A stretch of DNA of 63,136 bases, counting the filler, from Phoronis australis (taxonomy: Eukaryota; Animalia; Phoronida): assembly GCA_002633005.1 (NCBI GenBank). It is 4 parts of 4 records of this genome, joined end to end, with 100 filler letters (N's around TTAATTAATTAA, not from the genome) between each part and the next. Parts side by side here need not be neighbours in the genome. Positions count along the whole stretch, not along the records: positions 36,006 to 49,357 come from NMRA01001591.1; positions 49,458 to 63,136 come from NMRA01001577.1; 2 more parts are not named here. One strand, written 5' to 3'. The position numbers were made by a program, and so were the translations under genes. Position 1 is the stretch's first letter, and each line of letters starts with the position of its first letter. The notes under the pieces were generated by a model. The model did no database searches and was not told the DNA's origin. It saw nothing but the letters and a program-made list of their open reading frames with translations. Of this stretch, positions 38,221 to 52,109 are shown piece after piece.

Positions 38221-40214
38221 TTTTGAATATTGCAATTTAGTCTTTTTTCGCGTTCCAGGCCTCTTTTAAAACCGGCAACCAAACGTGTTGATTTTGACCA
38301 CTCAAGCTTATAAAATTAGCCTTGTCTTGTTAACTCAGTTTAGAAGTGATCTCTGCTTGGAAAAACCATAGACTTTAGTACATGGACCGCTAACTCCGTA
38401 TACTTTCAATGGAAGAAATCTGTGCTCTTACAGAACTGAGCAATTATTCACTGGCGACACTAAGCCAAATTGGCAAGTTTTATTTCCGGCAAGTACGTCG
38501 TCTGCTATTCATGGTCGGCTGTTGTGTCGTCACAATACACTAACCGGAAACTGAAATAGATACCTCCTCTAGAATAGTACGCAAGAAAATGTCGGAATTA
38601 CGCTTCTGTTGTCAATAATCTATGGAAAAACTTACAATTCGTGATTTCCTGTTCAAACAAAGCTTATAAAGTTTCAGCTAATCTCAGCAACCGTTGACTA
38701 AAGAGCGATTTGAGTCCAGTTTCATGCCGGGGTATTCTGCCTGCTCACATCTGTATAAATACCCCCAAAGATCTAACACCGTACACTATACTAACGTTTA
38801 TTATGCAGGTCTTATCAACGGACGGGCCTTCCTATGGGAAGGACGGACCTTGAGACGGACGAACCTTCAAATAAATGGGAAGGACAACGTAATGAAAGTG
38901 GAGCCGTTGTTTGGTTTATTTGGACGCCATTGTAAATCACAGTGAATTTCAGTTTCTGACGTGGCCATTGTTGGCCAAGAAATTACGATTATTTATTGGA
39001 ATCTATCTCATTCAAGCATGTGAAGTGCAGTGCTTGGGTAAAACTAATTATGGGATTTTGCATTACCATTTCTGCCGTATTTCAACGGCTTTTTCAATAT
39101 TACAGAGTTTGCACATTTCGAACTAAAAGCTAGTTTCCTTGTCCTTAGGCTGATTGGTTAATTTTTATTCCAATTTGCTAGAGCTGAAATAACACTTTTT
39201 CTCAAGATTAAGTATGCGTCACTATGGAAGTTTAGGGTGACACAACCAAGCTTGACATTAAGTAGACTCACGCTTTGCATGCTTTCCAACGTTAACAAGA
39301 TCAGAAAATTTTGTGTTTTTCAACGGATAAAAATTTTGTTTATGATTCCCGTAAATACGACAGCTAGAACGAACTCGATATTCCCCGTTTATCTCAATGC
39401 TCCACATTCGATCTCGCCGCGCAAGGGGGGAATTACATGTAGTTACGTTAGTTTGTTCTGGTATTGGTTCTTGCTATGAAATATTAGTGTTGAAACCAAC
39501 GTTGCATTCAAGTTTGTTTTGAGGTGGCAGTGTTTGTGAAGTTAGCATCATCTGGCGTATGTTTGTGTGTAATAGGGCGTGTCTAACCCCTTTGATAATG
39601 GACTTGCTTGGCTGTATTCTCATTGTCTTACCCACAGTTTAGAAGTCGAGCAATGCTCCTGCAAGGTGTGTCAAGTGTTTCTCTATAGTTTCGTGCATGT
39701 TAGGAAATTCAACTGCAAAGCCCACACAGTTGATGGGTTCAGATTTTATATTTTGTTTATTTTTGTATTTTAGAATTACGTAGAACTGTGTTAGTTATGT
39801 AAATTTATTATACTCAAGTAAATTTCCTCATTGCACATTGTCGTGTTAAGACAAGGCGAACATGTTTGAGTGTCGAGATGTCTGAGGTTTTCAAAATAAG
39901 AGATAAAAGCTCAATGCAAGTCTTAACATTCACGAGCAATAGGTCTCAGAGGTGGATGTTTGTTCAGTACAAACCAAATATTTTTAGAACTGCTATCAAC
40001 CGGAAACTTCTTCCAACGAAATTTCATCTATATTTTGGAACATTTTGCGGTCTATTGGCCCCAAACATTGTCAAACGGAGGATCGCGATTCAGCGATTCG
40101 ACAAACTGGCCATGGGCCCCGCTGCCTAGCTGGTATGCGTATCGTTTAGTCGTCTAGGCGTATATAATACAATAATTTCGTCCTTAAAATATATCCACTC
40201 GGTCAAACACTCAT

Positions 40215-40517
40215 GGGGTCACTCATATTGACAAGGTGCCAGCAGCCGTGAACCAAAAATTGCGGGTAGGTGGTATTTTTCAGCGAGTTTTGCGGGACCC
40301 GCGCGGGATCCAATAGGCCCCTAAATTTCCATTTCGTCTCTGAAAAAGACCCACTGCATTGGCCTCAGCCCCGCAAAAGGCGCACTGGCCGTCTTCCTAC
40401 AGAAAAATCTCCACCGCAAAAGGGGATGGGAATAAGTAGACACTGCACACGCAATAGGGGGTCTCTCAGCAATTTTTGGTACACGCCTGCGGGCACCTTG
40501 TCAATATGAGTGACCCC
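40215..40517. mobile_element. MITE
   Basis: ~35-bp TIR ggggtcactcatattgacaaggtgcc.gcag.cgtg with 2 mismatches. Confidence 0.85.
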
Positions 40518-41511
40518 CCAGGGTCAAGCACCACTTGAGGTGTAATACTATGCCAAAATCGTGTACCTAAGACAAATGGTAACAAAACAAACATTTTAAC
40601 ACCAGGCCATTTGCGAAAATGACACCTTCTTTACTGTCACTAAAACTGTTCGCAGCCAACTTGCAGGAGTAGTGCCATTCGAAAGCTTTTCGTCAGATCT
40701 TGATGGTTTATGACTATACCAGAAACAGCAAATAGATAATTTAATTCATAATTAATTATAATTTCCCATACTTGACAGTTTTAAAAAGATTTTTTACTTC
40801 TAAAATCCTGTAGTGTTACCCAAATGGGAAAATGACTGAGTGTAATAACTAAACCTTTCATGCACTAAATGGCAGCTTAATTGACTAATTAGACAGCTAA
40901 TTATCGCAAACATTTCTAAGTCTGGTCAGCACACCACCTGTGGCAACATCACGTGACCTATTGAATATAAGTCTTAGAAGCTTTCTGCCCCAACCAGGAC
41001 TCGAATCCGGGATTTTCTGCTAACTGACCTATCGCAAGCTCTGACCCTTGCGTAATGTCGACTAACTAACAATAAGTTTTACCCGGCAACGCGTTGTTTG
41101 TCGGGTAAAATGGCGGCTTGGAAACGAAGGTATGTCAATAATGATACGTTCTAAATGGTCAGTTAAGCGGTCACTCAAAATCCTGGCGATGAGTCAGTTG
41201 TGCAGACGCTCTAGTTCAATGAACCATCGGGACCACCGATCGAATACAGAAATCCATTTCCATCCTGGTTTAAGATTTGTACATTTATATAGACAACTAG
41301 TTAAGTTTAATTTCAATTAATTTAGGTTGTAATAGTAAATAAAAAGGAAATGAACTAGAAAGATTACATAAATGACTAATTAAACCAGCAGGGAAATAAT
41401 TTCAATGATTCAAAAGATTGGTTCTCTATAAAAACAAAGATATTAGATTCTAAATCCCTCATTGTTGTTGTTAGAAAAATTTTGTCTTGCATTTATCCAA
41501 AATTACACATT

Positions 41512-41528
41512 TATACATATACATATAC

Positions 41529-41560
<32 letters not shown>

Positions 41561-41579
41561 GCACACACACACACACACA
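41512..41579. repeat. (TA)n/(CA)n microsatellite
   Basis: Direct observation. Confidence 0.95.
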
Positions 41580-43841
41580 TTTATTTGACCTTTGGTGCCG
41601 TTTGATACAATTATATTCTTCATTAAAAATTCATGATGCAGTGACATATACAAATATGTGAAACATACTGTGTAGTAGCTCACTACATTAGTTGCAGTAT
41701 AGGACTTTCCATAGAAGTTTAGAAATTAAATAATTTCTTCAGAAAGAAATCTTTAGTGATCTTAATACATGTTCTGTGTGTTACCCGAACAAGAGCCGTT
41801 GGAGCACACTTTTACGATAGTTATGTTACTTATGACAGTGGACTCTGGAAAATAATAATATTCATAACAAAAAGTCAATGTTATTTTGAACACCTGTTGT
41901 ATACTTGTCACTGTCAAAATTCCAGAATGAAAGAATGGGGTAAATGGATTAAAAAGTGGGACATCTTGGTCTATGGCAAAATTCAAGGGTGAAATGTTCG
42001 CCGCAACACACAAAACGTCCCCACAACGTCCTTTGTCGAACAGCAGACGCAACACCCAAAAGCGACAGACGGCATTTTTTTGTATTTTTAGTCGAATGGG
42101 AAATTATGTGTGCTGCAAAAAATGAAAAGTTCCGTTTTTATTCTTTTTTGTCGAACGGGAAAACAGGGCTATGTCGCGTGGAAATTACAATGGCATGCGA
42201 ATATACGTCACTTTCGCCGTGGATCAAAAAGCGGGACATTGTGATGGTGTGGCGGGATGACGTTAAAAGGTTCAAAAAGTGGGACAGTCCGCTTAGAGCA
42301 ATTGTCACGTACAACGTACGCTGTCAGTAATACTAAGTATTCTATCTTTTACAAGGCAAACTTCATTTCTTAAATTTTATTTAACGGTTATTATTCAGCC
42401 AGCAAAAACTTTTAAATAAAGTTTTGATGCAAAGTCATGGTCAGAAGAAAGGTAACACATGTCACAATCACCCCCCTCCCCCCAACCCCCACCCCGAACT
42501 ATCACTGATCACTGTGTGGGGGTTGCCAAAGTCGAATTTGCTAATTAACAAAGTTATTAACGTTTTAAGTTAGGATTATTCTCTTTAAGTTTGCTTTATG
42601 ATAATGAAACCGAATGCATGCATCATTCAGCGAGTTCACTCTGTTGCAGTAAATCATTACCTCTGCTTGCAAATATAAACTCTCGTCGGATTATGCCATT
42701 GGTTACATTTTTGTATATTTCAGATTCGATTCACAAGAAACGTGAATGAATGTCGATATTTTACAAAAATGGTGGTAACCATAAAACGCTCGGTAGTGGT
42801 CGGCCGATCGCGGAAATTAACGAAAGTGAATTTGGTCATAGGGCACAGGTAAATCATCGACAGAAAAAGAAGAGATGCGACGGAGGAAAATGGTTGGTGA
42901 AAAACCTCTAAAAACCTTGTCTGAATTTATTTCGATTCATATAAAAGGCTAAATCAAAGTTAAGATATTAAAGAAGGCATTTATCAAACAAATGTAAATA
43001 TTTAGTCTTGGGGTCCACAGTTACGTTTAGAGCTCTTCAATTTTAGTGACACTAGTAAATTTCTGTAACGCTGCTTTTGATAGAGTAATTCTATTTTGTC
43101 TCAAAAACTAAAAAAAATCTCAGCAATGAGGCTTTCCTTGCACTGAAATTTGATCCACTTGTCTGTAGTCACTAGTGAGTTGGCAGTGGCTTTGTTAACT
43201 CAGGTAATGTCTGTAAATTCCACCAGCTCAGAATTGTGAGCAGAATCCGTGACGTGAGCAGTCATCTTGACAATCTATTGCTGTGTCACCAATTATACAG
43301 TCACACAATAATTCATCGTTTCAGAAATGTCACAGCTGGCACAAACCTTCTCTTCGGTTTGAGAAACACCAAATTATTCAGGAAGCAGACATCTTGGAAA
43401 TGGGAAAGACTTAATACTTTCATTGTCGCTTCATTGACTTTTCTGATCATACTGCCACCTGGTGGCTAACAAAATATTCAAGGCTTGTATTTTCTAACTT
43501 TTAAGATTCTTTCTAAACGTGTTAGTATTCTTGGGAACTTTGTTGAAATTGACCTTTTGAACGCCTGGAGAAGGATTTAATCCACAGTTCTGAAGTAGCC
43601 ACGAACGTGAAAATACAAGAGCTGAGACTATGGTTTAGAAATCTCGGGGTCGTAAGCTCTAATAATAGAATACATAGGTCATGTGCGAAGGATGGCATTC
43701 CATATCTAGAATTTTATGCACTAACCAAATAAAGCAATCTGAGAAGTCGCCACTACAAGTATCAAAGTCAGAAAATAATTACCCCGAAATTAGTTTCAAA
43801 AGTTTGTGCTGACTTCCAAACTTTAAATTACTTACAGTTTT

Positions 43842-44121
43842 CAATGGCGGATTTAGGGAGGGGGGCATTTGGCAGTTTGGGGTGCGAATTGGTCACTGGC
43901 ATATGCGCGCATTTAAGCGGGCACGGGGGCGAATGCACAATGCATAGCCTTGAAGCCGGAAACCCCGTTTACCCGTTTTTTTAGTCATAAGATTCACAAA
44001 CTCAAAAGTTCAACACCCCTGCATCTCTAGTTTTAGGCTGGGTGCGCATGTCATGTGGCGTAATTCTGGTTATTCCTGTGCCCTGCCCCCCCTCCAACTC
44101 AAAATCCTGGATCAGCCCCTG
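43842..44121. mobile_element. hAT-like MITE
   Basis: caatggcggatttagg ... cctggatcagcccctg; 5-bp TSD GTTTT. Confidence 0.6.
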
Positions 44122-44224
44122 GTTTTCCTAGACTTAGCACCTAATTGGTTCATAATTGTTCCGTTTATTTCGTGAAATTTGTCACCACACCAGTCAGCAC
44201 ACATCAATCGCGCTTAAATTACAA

Positions 44225-44246
44225 CAGGAAGTAAACAGACGGAAGT
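44225..44246 (+). promoter_or_regulatory. Tandem ETS-type GGAAGT motifs, candidate promoter
   Basis: CAGGAAGT and CGGAAGT in a CpG-rich patch, upstream of a candidate first exon (ATG 44362, donor gtatgc 44395). Confidence 0.3.
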
Positions 44247-44831
44247 AAGAATTGTTCGGCAAAAGTCGGTCAAGATAGGCGAAACAAGCGCTACCAGTGT
44301 ATGGGATCGTCTGCGTTTGTTGTTCGTTCGTTGGCGGAAACTTGAGTTAGAGTATCATTCAATGAATGTACATTTACGGGAAGAAATTGACGAGGTATGC
44401 ATAAGATTCTTAGAATGGGGTACACGGTGCGATCTTTTTAGTCGACGATTCCGACGCCGGATTTGGCGACTTGGGATTTCTGTGATTTTCCAATTGTCGG
44501 CGACCTCAGATTTTGCTTGGCAACCTGGCGTTGAGCTAAGCGTCAAGCGCTCTTAAATGTGTTTCCGTCATTTGTAGATACGAATGATGGTCCAAAAATC
44601 AGACAATCAAAAAGTGGACGAGGGTTTCAGTATATTTATGTTTTATGGCATGCAGTGAAGTCAGTGGTAAATGATCACAGTGAAGGTAAGAAATCTGATC
44701 TTAAAGGAGAATGCCACCCGATTTAATTAGTCTTTTTTACCGTCTTAATCGGTCTATATCCAGATCGGTGGACCTCACCTTGCCGGGAGGTGTCGCGACG
44801 CAGCGACGTCAGTGGTTCGTCTGCAGAGTGA

Positions 44832-45030
44832 ATGCCGCTATATTGCGGTGTATCGTTCCAGCTTGTCCGAACTATGAAGCTGCGAAGAAAGCGGGTATAT
44901 CATTTTTTCGACTTCCTCAGAGCCCGAAATGCTTAGGAAGTGGCTCGTGGTAGTGAAGAATGAAAGGTATGCTGTTAATAGCAAGTATGAGGCAGTGAAA
45001 CATCTCCGTGTCTGTGGTCGACAGTGATTT
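44832..45030 (+). pseudogene. Frameshifted THAP zinc-finger remnant, probably from a DNA transposon
   Basis: CIVPACPN..GISFFRLP, then shift to RKWL..R..HLRVC; TTAA-AGG Kolobok-like end at 44701. Confidence 0.7.
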
Positions 45031-47287
45031 CTCTGACGAATTCCGGCTTACCAAAGAACTATCCATACGTTCCGTTGCCTGTGCATGTTCACGGTGCCTC
45101 TCTAGTATTTCTTGATCAGTGTATTCCTGTTCGAACTGATAGCCTGAAACCTAACGATCCGACCCGTGAAGTCTTCGTCGGATGCCAGTGAGCTCTTGAC
45201 TAAGTCGGGATTGGCGCCATGCGTTCTGTTTCAAAATGAATTATTCTCATCCTAAAATGATCCTTAAACCTGATGCTTACATGAAACTGAAACAAAGTCT
45301 GTCTCATTAGATACAATCTGTAATGCCTTGGAGTGCTCGTGAGTGCCAATGTTTTGAGAAGCCAGCAAAGAATAAACCACTGCGTTACCGGCTTTTGATG
45401 CCGGCAATAAAGGTAATTGACCGAGCACCGAAGCCGTGTGAGCGCATGCTAATTCAGTGTTTGCTGACAGAGAGCTGTTGTGAAACAATTACTCGATTTC
45501 AGTGCTATGGTCACATGTTAGGGGAAACTTTATTTAGAAATACAAATACATTATTCAAATCATTGCTACTTAACAACCTTTGCTCTGACGGTCTCAGGAA
45601 GGAGAACCAGACTTTGCGGCCCCCGACAAGTACCTAAGTAGATGTTCAGTTTCGTGGCTAATTCACATAAATAATTACGTGCATATTATTTCTTTTGCTC
45701 ACTATTATAGTCTTTTCGTGACTGGAGGTTTAGTTTCCAACTCAAGCTGGTTTATGTTCGTGCCAGTCCCGGCGGCCGCGACGGGCCTGATCAGCTCCGA
45801 GCCACTGGCCGGGATAACGAGTCAGTCCGGCCGCGACGGGCCTTATTGGGTTCCGAGCCACTGGCCGGGATAACAAGCGTTTTGTGTGTTTAGAACTCAA
45901 AAAAGCCCAAGTATAAAAACACAGATCTAGGTTCTCCTGTCTGTATTTCACGGAAGAATACTTCGAATTTATCTCCGAACAGACCCCCAAACTCCTGCTA
46001 CGGACCTTGGTTAATTGGCCTGACGAACTTCGTAGGCTACGCCTTTTGTGTCCAAATACCAGTAAATCCGTAACAGCGAAATAAAACAACACGTTTTTAT
46101 CAGACCTCGGTGTATTTTTAAAGGTTTTACATCGAAGTTTGATGATTTATTGGTATAAAACGGTGAATTAAAGCTATAAGCTGACACCAACCCGTGTTGG
46201 GAACTGCTGAACAGACTGCATGTGAAACTAATTACGTCAATGGAAAATTTTAACACCTCCGTCTGCCGTGAGGTGTCAGGTAACGCAACCGAACCTGCCG
46301 TTATCGTGTAGAACTACTCGACGTTCTTAACTGATACAAAATAGGTTGTTTTGGTTGTTTAATTTTATTGCAGGTGGACAAACAGGCTAGCTCAGAACAG
46401 GAGTTCACCATTTCACCACCAACTTGTAAAACGATCAAAATAGAATTATTTTATTCTTGGTCTCGCTACAACATCTATATCAGCTGGTACAACACTCTCG
46501 ATTGCGACAGGGTTAGATTATAGTCTCCTACACAGACCCACGAGATTGGTTGGGGTCTGCTACAGGGCACTTTTCCATCCGCATTCTTGGAATATCATTG
46601 GCTGTTCCGATTTCAAGAAACAAGGCATTCTATTGGTCAGTTGTATAATAGGTCAAACTAGTTCACCAACATGGCGACTTCCAGTGAAAGAATGTCGGTG
46701 GATTTACAACTGCTTAAATCTATCTCTGTTTTGATCGAACTCCTGCATTTCAAAGCTAAAGAGTCAAGGAATACATCACCAGTAACGTATACGAAACATT
46801 TTATGATAATTGGTCAGTATACTATGCTGGATTCTGAAGTAATGTGAATCTTTACGAAATAATTTGTGGAAGAAATAGGCATTACCTGCCATTACCATTA
46901 CCCCATTAGGCCACCCACAACAACAGTCGCGTACTATAGCACCGAATAGCGGGAAAGGACTAGCTGAGTGCGTCGCGGCCACGGGAGATTGTCTCGATCT
47001 TTTCAGAGCACACTCTCTCGTATGTTAACATGTTCATGTGCGTTATATAAGTTCCCGTGAATGCCGTGAAGGTTGAACTGGTGGGTCAGATAAGGATATA
47101 ATACACTGTCACTGGCACACTTGTCACTTTTAACAGACGTTAGGAGCTTAAAAATACAGCCAATGGTCCTAAACACGCAAACATTAATCAGTCTAGCAGT
47201 AGTGTTATAATGACTGATTTTATCGCTTTTGGCGGTGCCATTCAGCAGTGCCTTTGACTGTCATCGTACAGTCATACGGAGTTTTCA

Positions 47288-48359
47288 TTTATTTCGGAGG
47301 TTGTTTGTTGCCGTGAAAGTATGATTATACCCACTCTGTAATCAGCAAGATAAAACCTCACCCTTTTGTGAGTTGGCACAGTCATTAAGACTGACCCATT
47401 TTGGTGAGAGCCTCAATGAAAGAGTCGACTTTTCTGATAAAATAATTACGCAAAGTTATTATTTACAGGGAATTGAATTTCAGCAAGAATCTCTCTAGGC
47501 TGTATTCTTTTTAACACAAGAAGCCTCAGTTGTATATGAAACCTTGAGTGGTTTTGGTGGAAAAATGGATCATTTTATACAGTTCCAACCAAAAAGTAAA
47601 TATTTTTGTGTGGAATTTATTTGGAAATTCGCCCTTTCATGCTGACTTTTGTAATGCCTGAGTTACTGGTCAGAGGGGCACATTTGGTCATATGCAATCT
47701 ATGCAAGTGTCCTCTCTCTCCTGGACCCAGACTCGTCGACTGTTTCAATTTTTGCTTTCCACATTCACATGACATCAAGTGTTGCAGTTTGCAACAATCA
47801 TCTATTAATTTCAGTCTAATTGCNATTATTTCGGAGGTTGTTTGTTGCCGTGAAAGTATGATTATACCCACTCTATAATCAGCAAGATAAAACCTCACCC
47901 TTTTGTGAGTTGGCACAGTCATTAAGACTGACCCATTTTGGTGAGAGCCTCAATGAAAGAGTCGACTTTTCTGATAAAATATTACACAAAGTTATTATTT
48001 ACAGAGAATTGAATTTCAGCAAGAATCTCTCTAGGCTGTATTCTTTTTAACACAAGAAGCCTCAGTTGTATATGAAACCTTGAGTGGTTTTGGTGGAAAA
48101 ATGGATCATTTTATACAGTTCCAACCAAAAAGTAAATATTTTTGTGTGGAATTTATTTGGAAATTCGCCCTTTCATGCTGACTTTTGTAATGCCTGAGTC
48201 ACTGGTCAGAGGTGCACATTTGGTCATATGCAATCTATGCAAGTGTCCTCTCTCTCCTGGACCCAGACTCGTCGACTGTTTCAATTTTTGCTTTCCACAT
48301 TCACATGACATCAAGTGTTGCAGTTTGCAACAATCATCTACTAATTTCAGTCTTATTGC
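47288..48359. repeat. ~536-bp near-identical tandem duplication joined by a single N (probable assembly artefact)
   Basis: N at 47824 lies exactly at the junction; only a handful of differences between copies. Confidence 0.85.
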
Positions 48360-49357
48360 AAAACAATGTCTCGGAACCATTCTAAAACATTCCGAAACTA
48401 CTAAGGTTCGCTGTAATCAAAGCATCCTGGAGTTAGACATTGTAAGCAAGTGGATTCAAAAACCTGGTTTGTTGAAATGACTAGTTGCAAAAACATCTCA
48501 CATTTTAAAATTGGGAGCTCAGGGTACTTCAAAGATTTTGAGTTGGGTCACTTAGCGCAAATTGACGGTTTCTTGCGCGTTGGATTGTTATCCAGGCAAT
48601 AGTCACTCACTGGCAATCCGCATTTTGAGAACAAGTTTTAATGTCTGCTATTCAGTGAAAAACAAGTTCCTGTTAAGCAGTTGAAAACACTGCATGGTTC
48701 TCAAAGTAGGGGTCCCCTGTATGTAACTATTACCATTGTGTTTGCTCAGTGTTTTGAACAACATGCTAGTGTGTCATTCTTGTGGTTAGGATCTACATAA
48801 TACAGAAGTGATTTTAGTCAACAATTCGGTCTTTTCGAACAGTTTTTCAAAATTACAAATTTGACTCTTATTGAGGGGGACTCCTCGTGGCAAGAGTTGG
48901 GCAGTGTGAATTGCTTCAGAACATTTGCACTGGCAGACACCCTCACGTTGACTCAAAATTAAAAACCGTGATGTCATTAATGTGTCCTAGAAACATTACA
49001 CTCCATGGCATAGGCTTCAAATCACACAACATGCCATGAAATTTGTCTAATCATTGGGAACTTTGTTTTGCTGATGTATTGATCAGAAATATGGTTTAGG
49101 TTAGGGATAGACTGAAGTACTAAGTCTGGGCACTATAGTGGTGGGGCGCACAACAGGGCCACCCCATTTTCATTGCAGACCCTTCCCTGATAGAAACTCA
49201 TTCCGGTTTTGTGCTTGCCTAGCTCCCCTGTCCCTGTCCCCTGTTCATGCAGTGCCTCCAGGTTGCCTCTCATCACAATCACAACAATTTCTGTTGAATA
49301 ATTCTGACTACACCAATGGTGCTGGGGAAATAGGTTATTAAAGACCCGACTACCATT

Positions 49358-49457
49358 NNNNNNNNNNNNNNNNNNNNNNNNNNNNNNNNNNNNNNNNNNN
49401 NTTAATTAATTAANNNNNNNNNNNNNNNNNNNNNNNNNNNNNNNNNNNNNNNNNNNN
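49358..49457. other. Assembly gap with artificial linker
   Basis: 44 N + TTAATTAATTAA + 44 N. Confidence 0.97.
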
Positions 49458-51531
49458 GTTTTCATTCTTAGTAACCAACCGATTGAATTTTTCGCCGAGT
49501 CTCAAAAAAGTCGAATGATCTCGATTAGTCGAAATAATTATGCAAAACTCATTTTCCTAACTGAATCGTCAAATTTGTTTTGACAACCCGATTACCTGTG
49601 ATATCAAATCTATTAGTCTATGCACTTATTTTGGGGGTGAGGGGTAACTATTACCAGAATAATTTGCTGTAGAAATGTTGGACATCGTTCCTGAACCCTA
49701 GCGTGAAGTGAATACAGTAGTATTGAAGGCCACGTGGTTCAACAGCCTGTAATGTCGAAGGTCACTGGCCTCGCAGGTTTTTGCGAAAAAAGCATAACAA
49801 CAACACACTCCGTAAAGTATTTTGATGAAAAAGATCCGAACAACTGCTGAAGTGCTGTCTGAGATAAATTCATGTAATTTTGTTCAAACGCATTTAATTC
49901 GTGCTTCATTGTCGCCGTTACATCCTTTAAACTATCCAACGCAAAAAAATCTCACCAATATGAAGGTTTGAATAAATTAAAAATAACTTCATTAGCTGTG
50001 CAATTCAAATAATTATATTCATTTGCATCCCGCACGGCAACAGATACAACGCAATGAACATATGCAATTTACACTACATGATGGCCACATATTTCTGCTT
50101 TTTGTAGTTTCCAGCATTTCCTAACACAAACATCACGACATTTATCAAGATATGCATTAGAGAAATATATTGAAAAAAATCCGTAGGATAATTGTAGGCA
50201 TGTCATAAAGCGATGGAATTGCACAAAATAACAATAAGGCTCAAAAACGTCATTGCATCACCTTTCAACCAAAAAATATCACGTCACATCGTTTTGTATA
50301 TTTGTTAATTCTTATCTTATGTTTTCGGCGTACATAAAACTGTCAGTACTCACCAACGTTCCAGTGCACGTTATCGGACACGCTGTAGAAATGTCACCTC
50401 TGCATGTACTACCTGTGGCCATCCATATCAAAATCCATAAACAAATGTTCATCTTGAACCATCGTAAGATGACTTTCTGCTAGAATTCTACTAGAACAAT
50501 CAATTCTAGAAATGAGTCCGTTATGCTTAGGCATCAAGTAGATCGACTATTGTCTTGTTTCCTTTCTCTAAACTATACATGCTTGTATGCTCAAAAGATA
50601 GTGTTCGTCCAAGCCAACTTCGCAGTACTATGGGCTTAACTTACAGGTTGGACCAAAAACTACGGGGCAAGCAAAATACATTTAACGTGACAAAATTTTG
50701 AAGTTGGAAGTTTCTATCATTATTTGACGCAAGGATGCTGGTGCAATGAATAGTTTGATTTGTATTTTGTGTTTTTGTAAGAAACATTTTTTGTATTATC
50801 TTAACATAAAAGCGAATCTATTACAAGCAGATATTAACAATAGAACAAGCTTATTCTGAAAACATGCTTATTTCACAGAATCGCGGGACACTTTTGGAGT
50901 GTAAAAATATCAAGAGGACATAAAACGCGATGAAGTACGTTGCAAAAATCGTTAAAAGTGATTTTCTTAACCGAAATTGTAAGAAATTATTTTCGTTCCG
51001 CACTATGGACTTAACCACAAACAAAGAGGGGGAAAGTTCGCATCTGCGTGTCTTACTGCGTAACCAGACTATTTATGGAAGTGGTGAGAAAATTTAGTTG
51101 TGACCTAGAGTCATGGTGAACTTCAACAGCAAAACTTCTGCCGATGTTTTGAAACTATGTTTCTACTTTGCAGTTCACATGGGCGGATCCACGAGGGGTC
51201 CATGATCACTTCCTCTGAGGCAAAGTATAGTTCGCTCACGTCGGAGAACCTGGATCAGCCCAAGGTTCAGCGTCTCATCAATCGATCTAATTTAGCATTG
51301 AAATATCAATCCATGCAATCATCTCGGCTCATTCCTGCTGCTTGCATAATGAACACCGAGTTTTTTCTTGAAGACAACCTTCACTTGGTTAAAAACTTCA
51401 TGAAAAGAACTTCAAGGCAAACTAATTTAGTTTATTCCTAAATTAGGCTATTTCATACTTCAGCATGATGTCAATTTCTTTTAATGTAAACAAACTTTGG
51501 AATACAACTTTAGAGATTATTTTTTTAATTA

Positions 51532-51588
51532 TGGTGCTACACCAAGAGGTGGTGCTACACCAACAGGTGGTGCTACACCAACAGGTGC
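51532..51588. repeat. 18-bp tandem repeat, 3 copies
   Basis: (ggtgctacaccaacaggt)n. Confidence 0.85.
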
Positions 51589-52109
51589 AATGTTCGCCGA
51601 AGTGAATGACACCAAACTTGACTATTTTATGAACGTTGAACTCGTAGTAGTGAAAGCGCAAATATGTAGGCCTGAAATTCCCGAAATTTGGCAGTAACAT
51701 CTGCCAATTGGTGAAACTTATCGTGCAGTTTACTCAGGAAAAAACAATGGAAGGTTTTATGCACCAGAATTTGGCGAAATATGACGGCTAGAATTCAAAT
51801 TAAAACGTGTTTATACGTTAAAAATCGAAACTAGTCATAAGTTTTTTATTTACGCCAATCTCATTTTCTGTAAAAAGAATATCTTTGATAAGAGTTGCCG
51901 AAAGATAATCCAAGAATAATTGATTTTCATGCAGATTTTTTTATCGAGAATGCGTCAACTGCTTAAACCCTTAAACTACATGGGTTTCTCATTTACACTG
52001 ACTTCAACATCAAACAATGTACAAGCGAAGTGCAGATACTCTGGCCATTATTATACGCAACGCTAAGCCGGTGGCGCCTGCACTCAAGTTAATCGAGCAT
52101 GACTATAAA

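Noticed and set aside
40985-41070. tRNA-like B-box (also 25735-25800)
   Set aside because: No complete cloverleaf; at most decayed SINE heads.
47288-48359. Tandem 536-bp duplication with duplicated ORFs
   Set aside because: A single N at the junction and allele-level divergence point to uncollapsed haplotype overlap.
50412-50480. Possible minus-strand signal-peptide exon (MNICLWILIWMAT|gtag)
   Set aside because: No compatible downstream exon found before the gap; could be chance.
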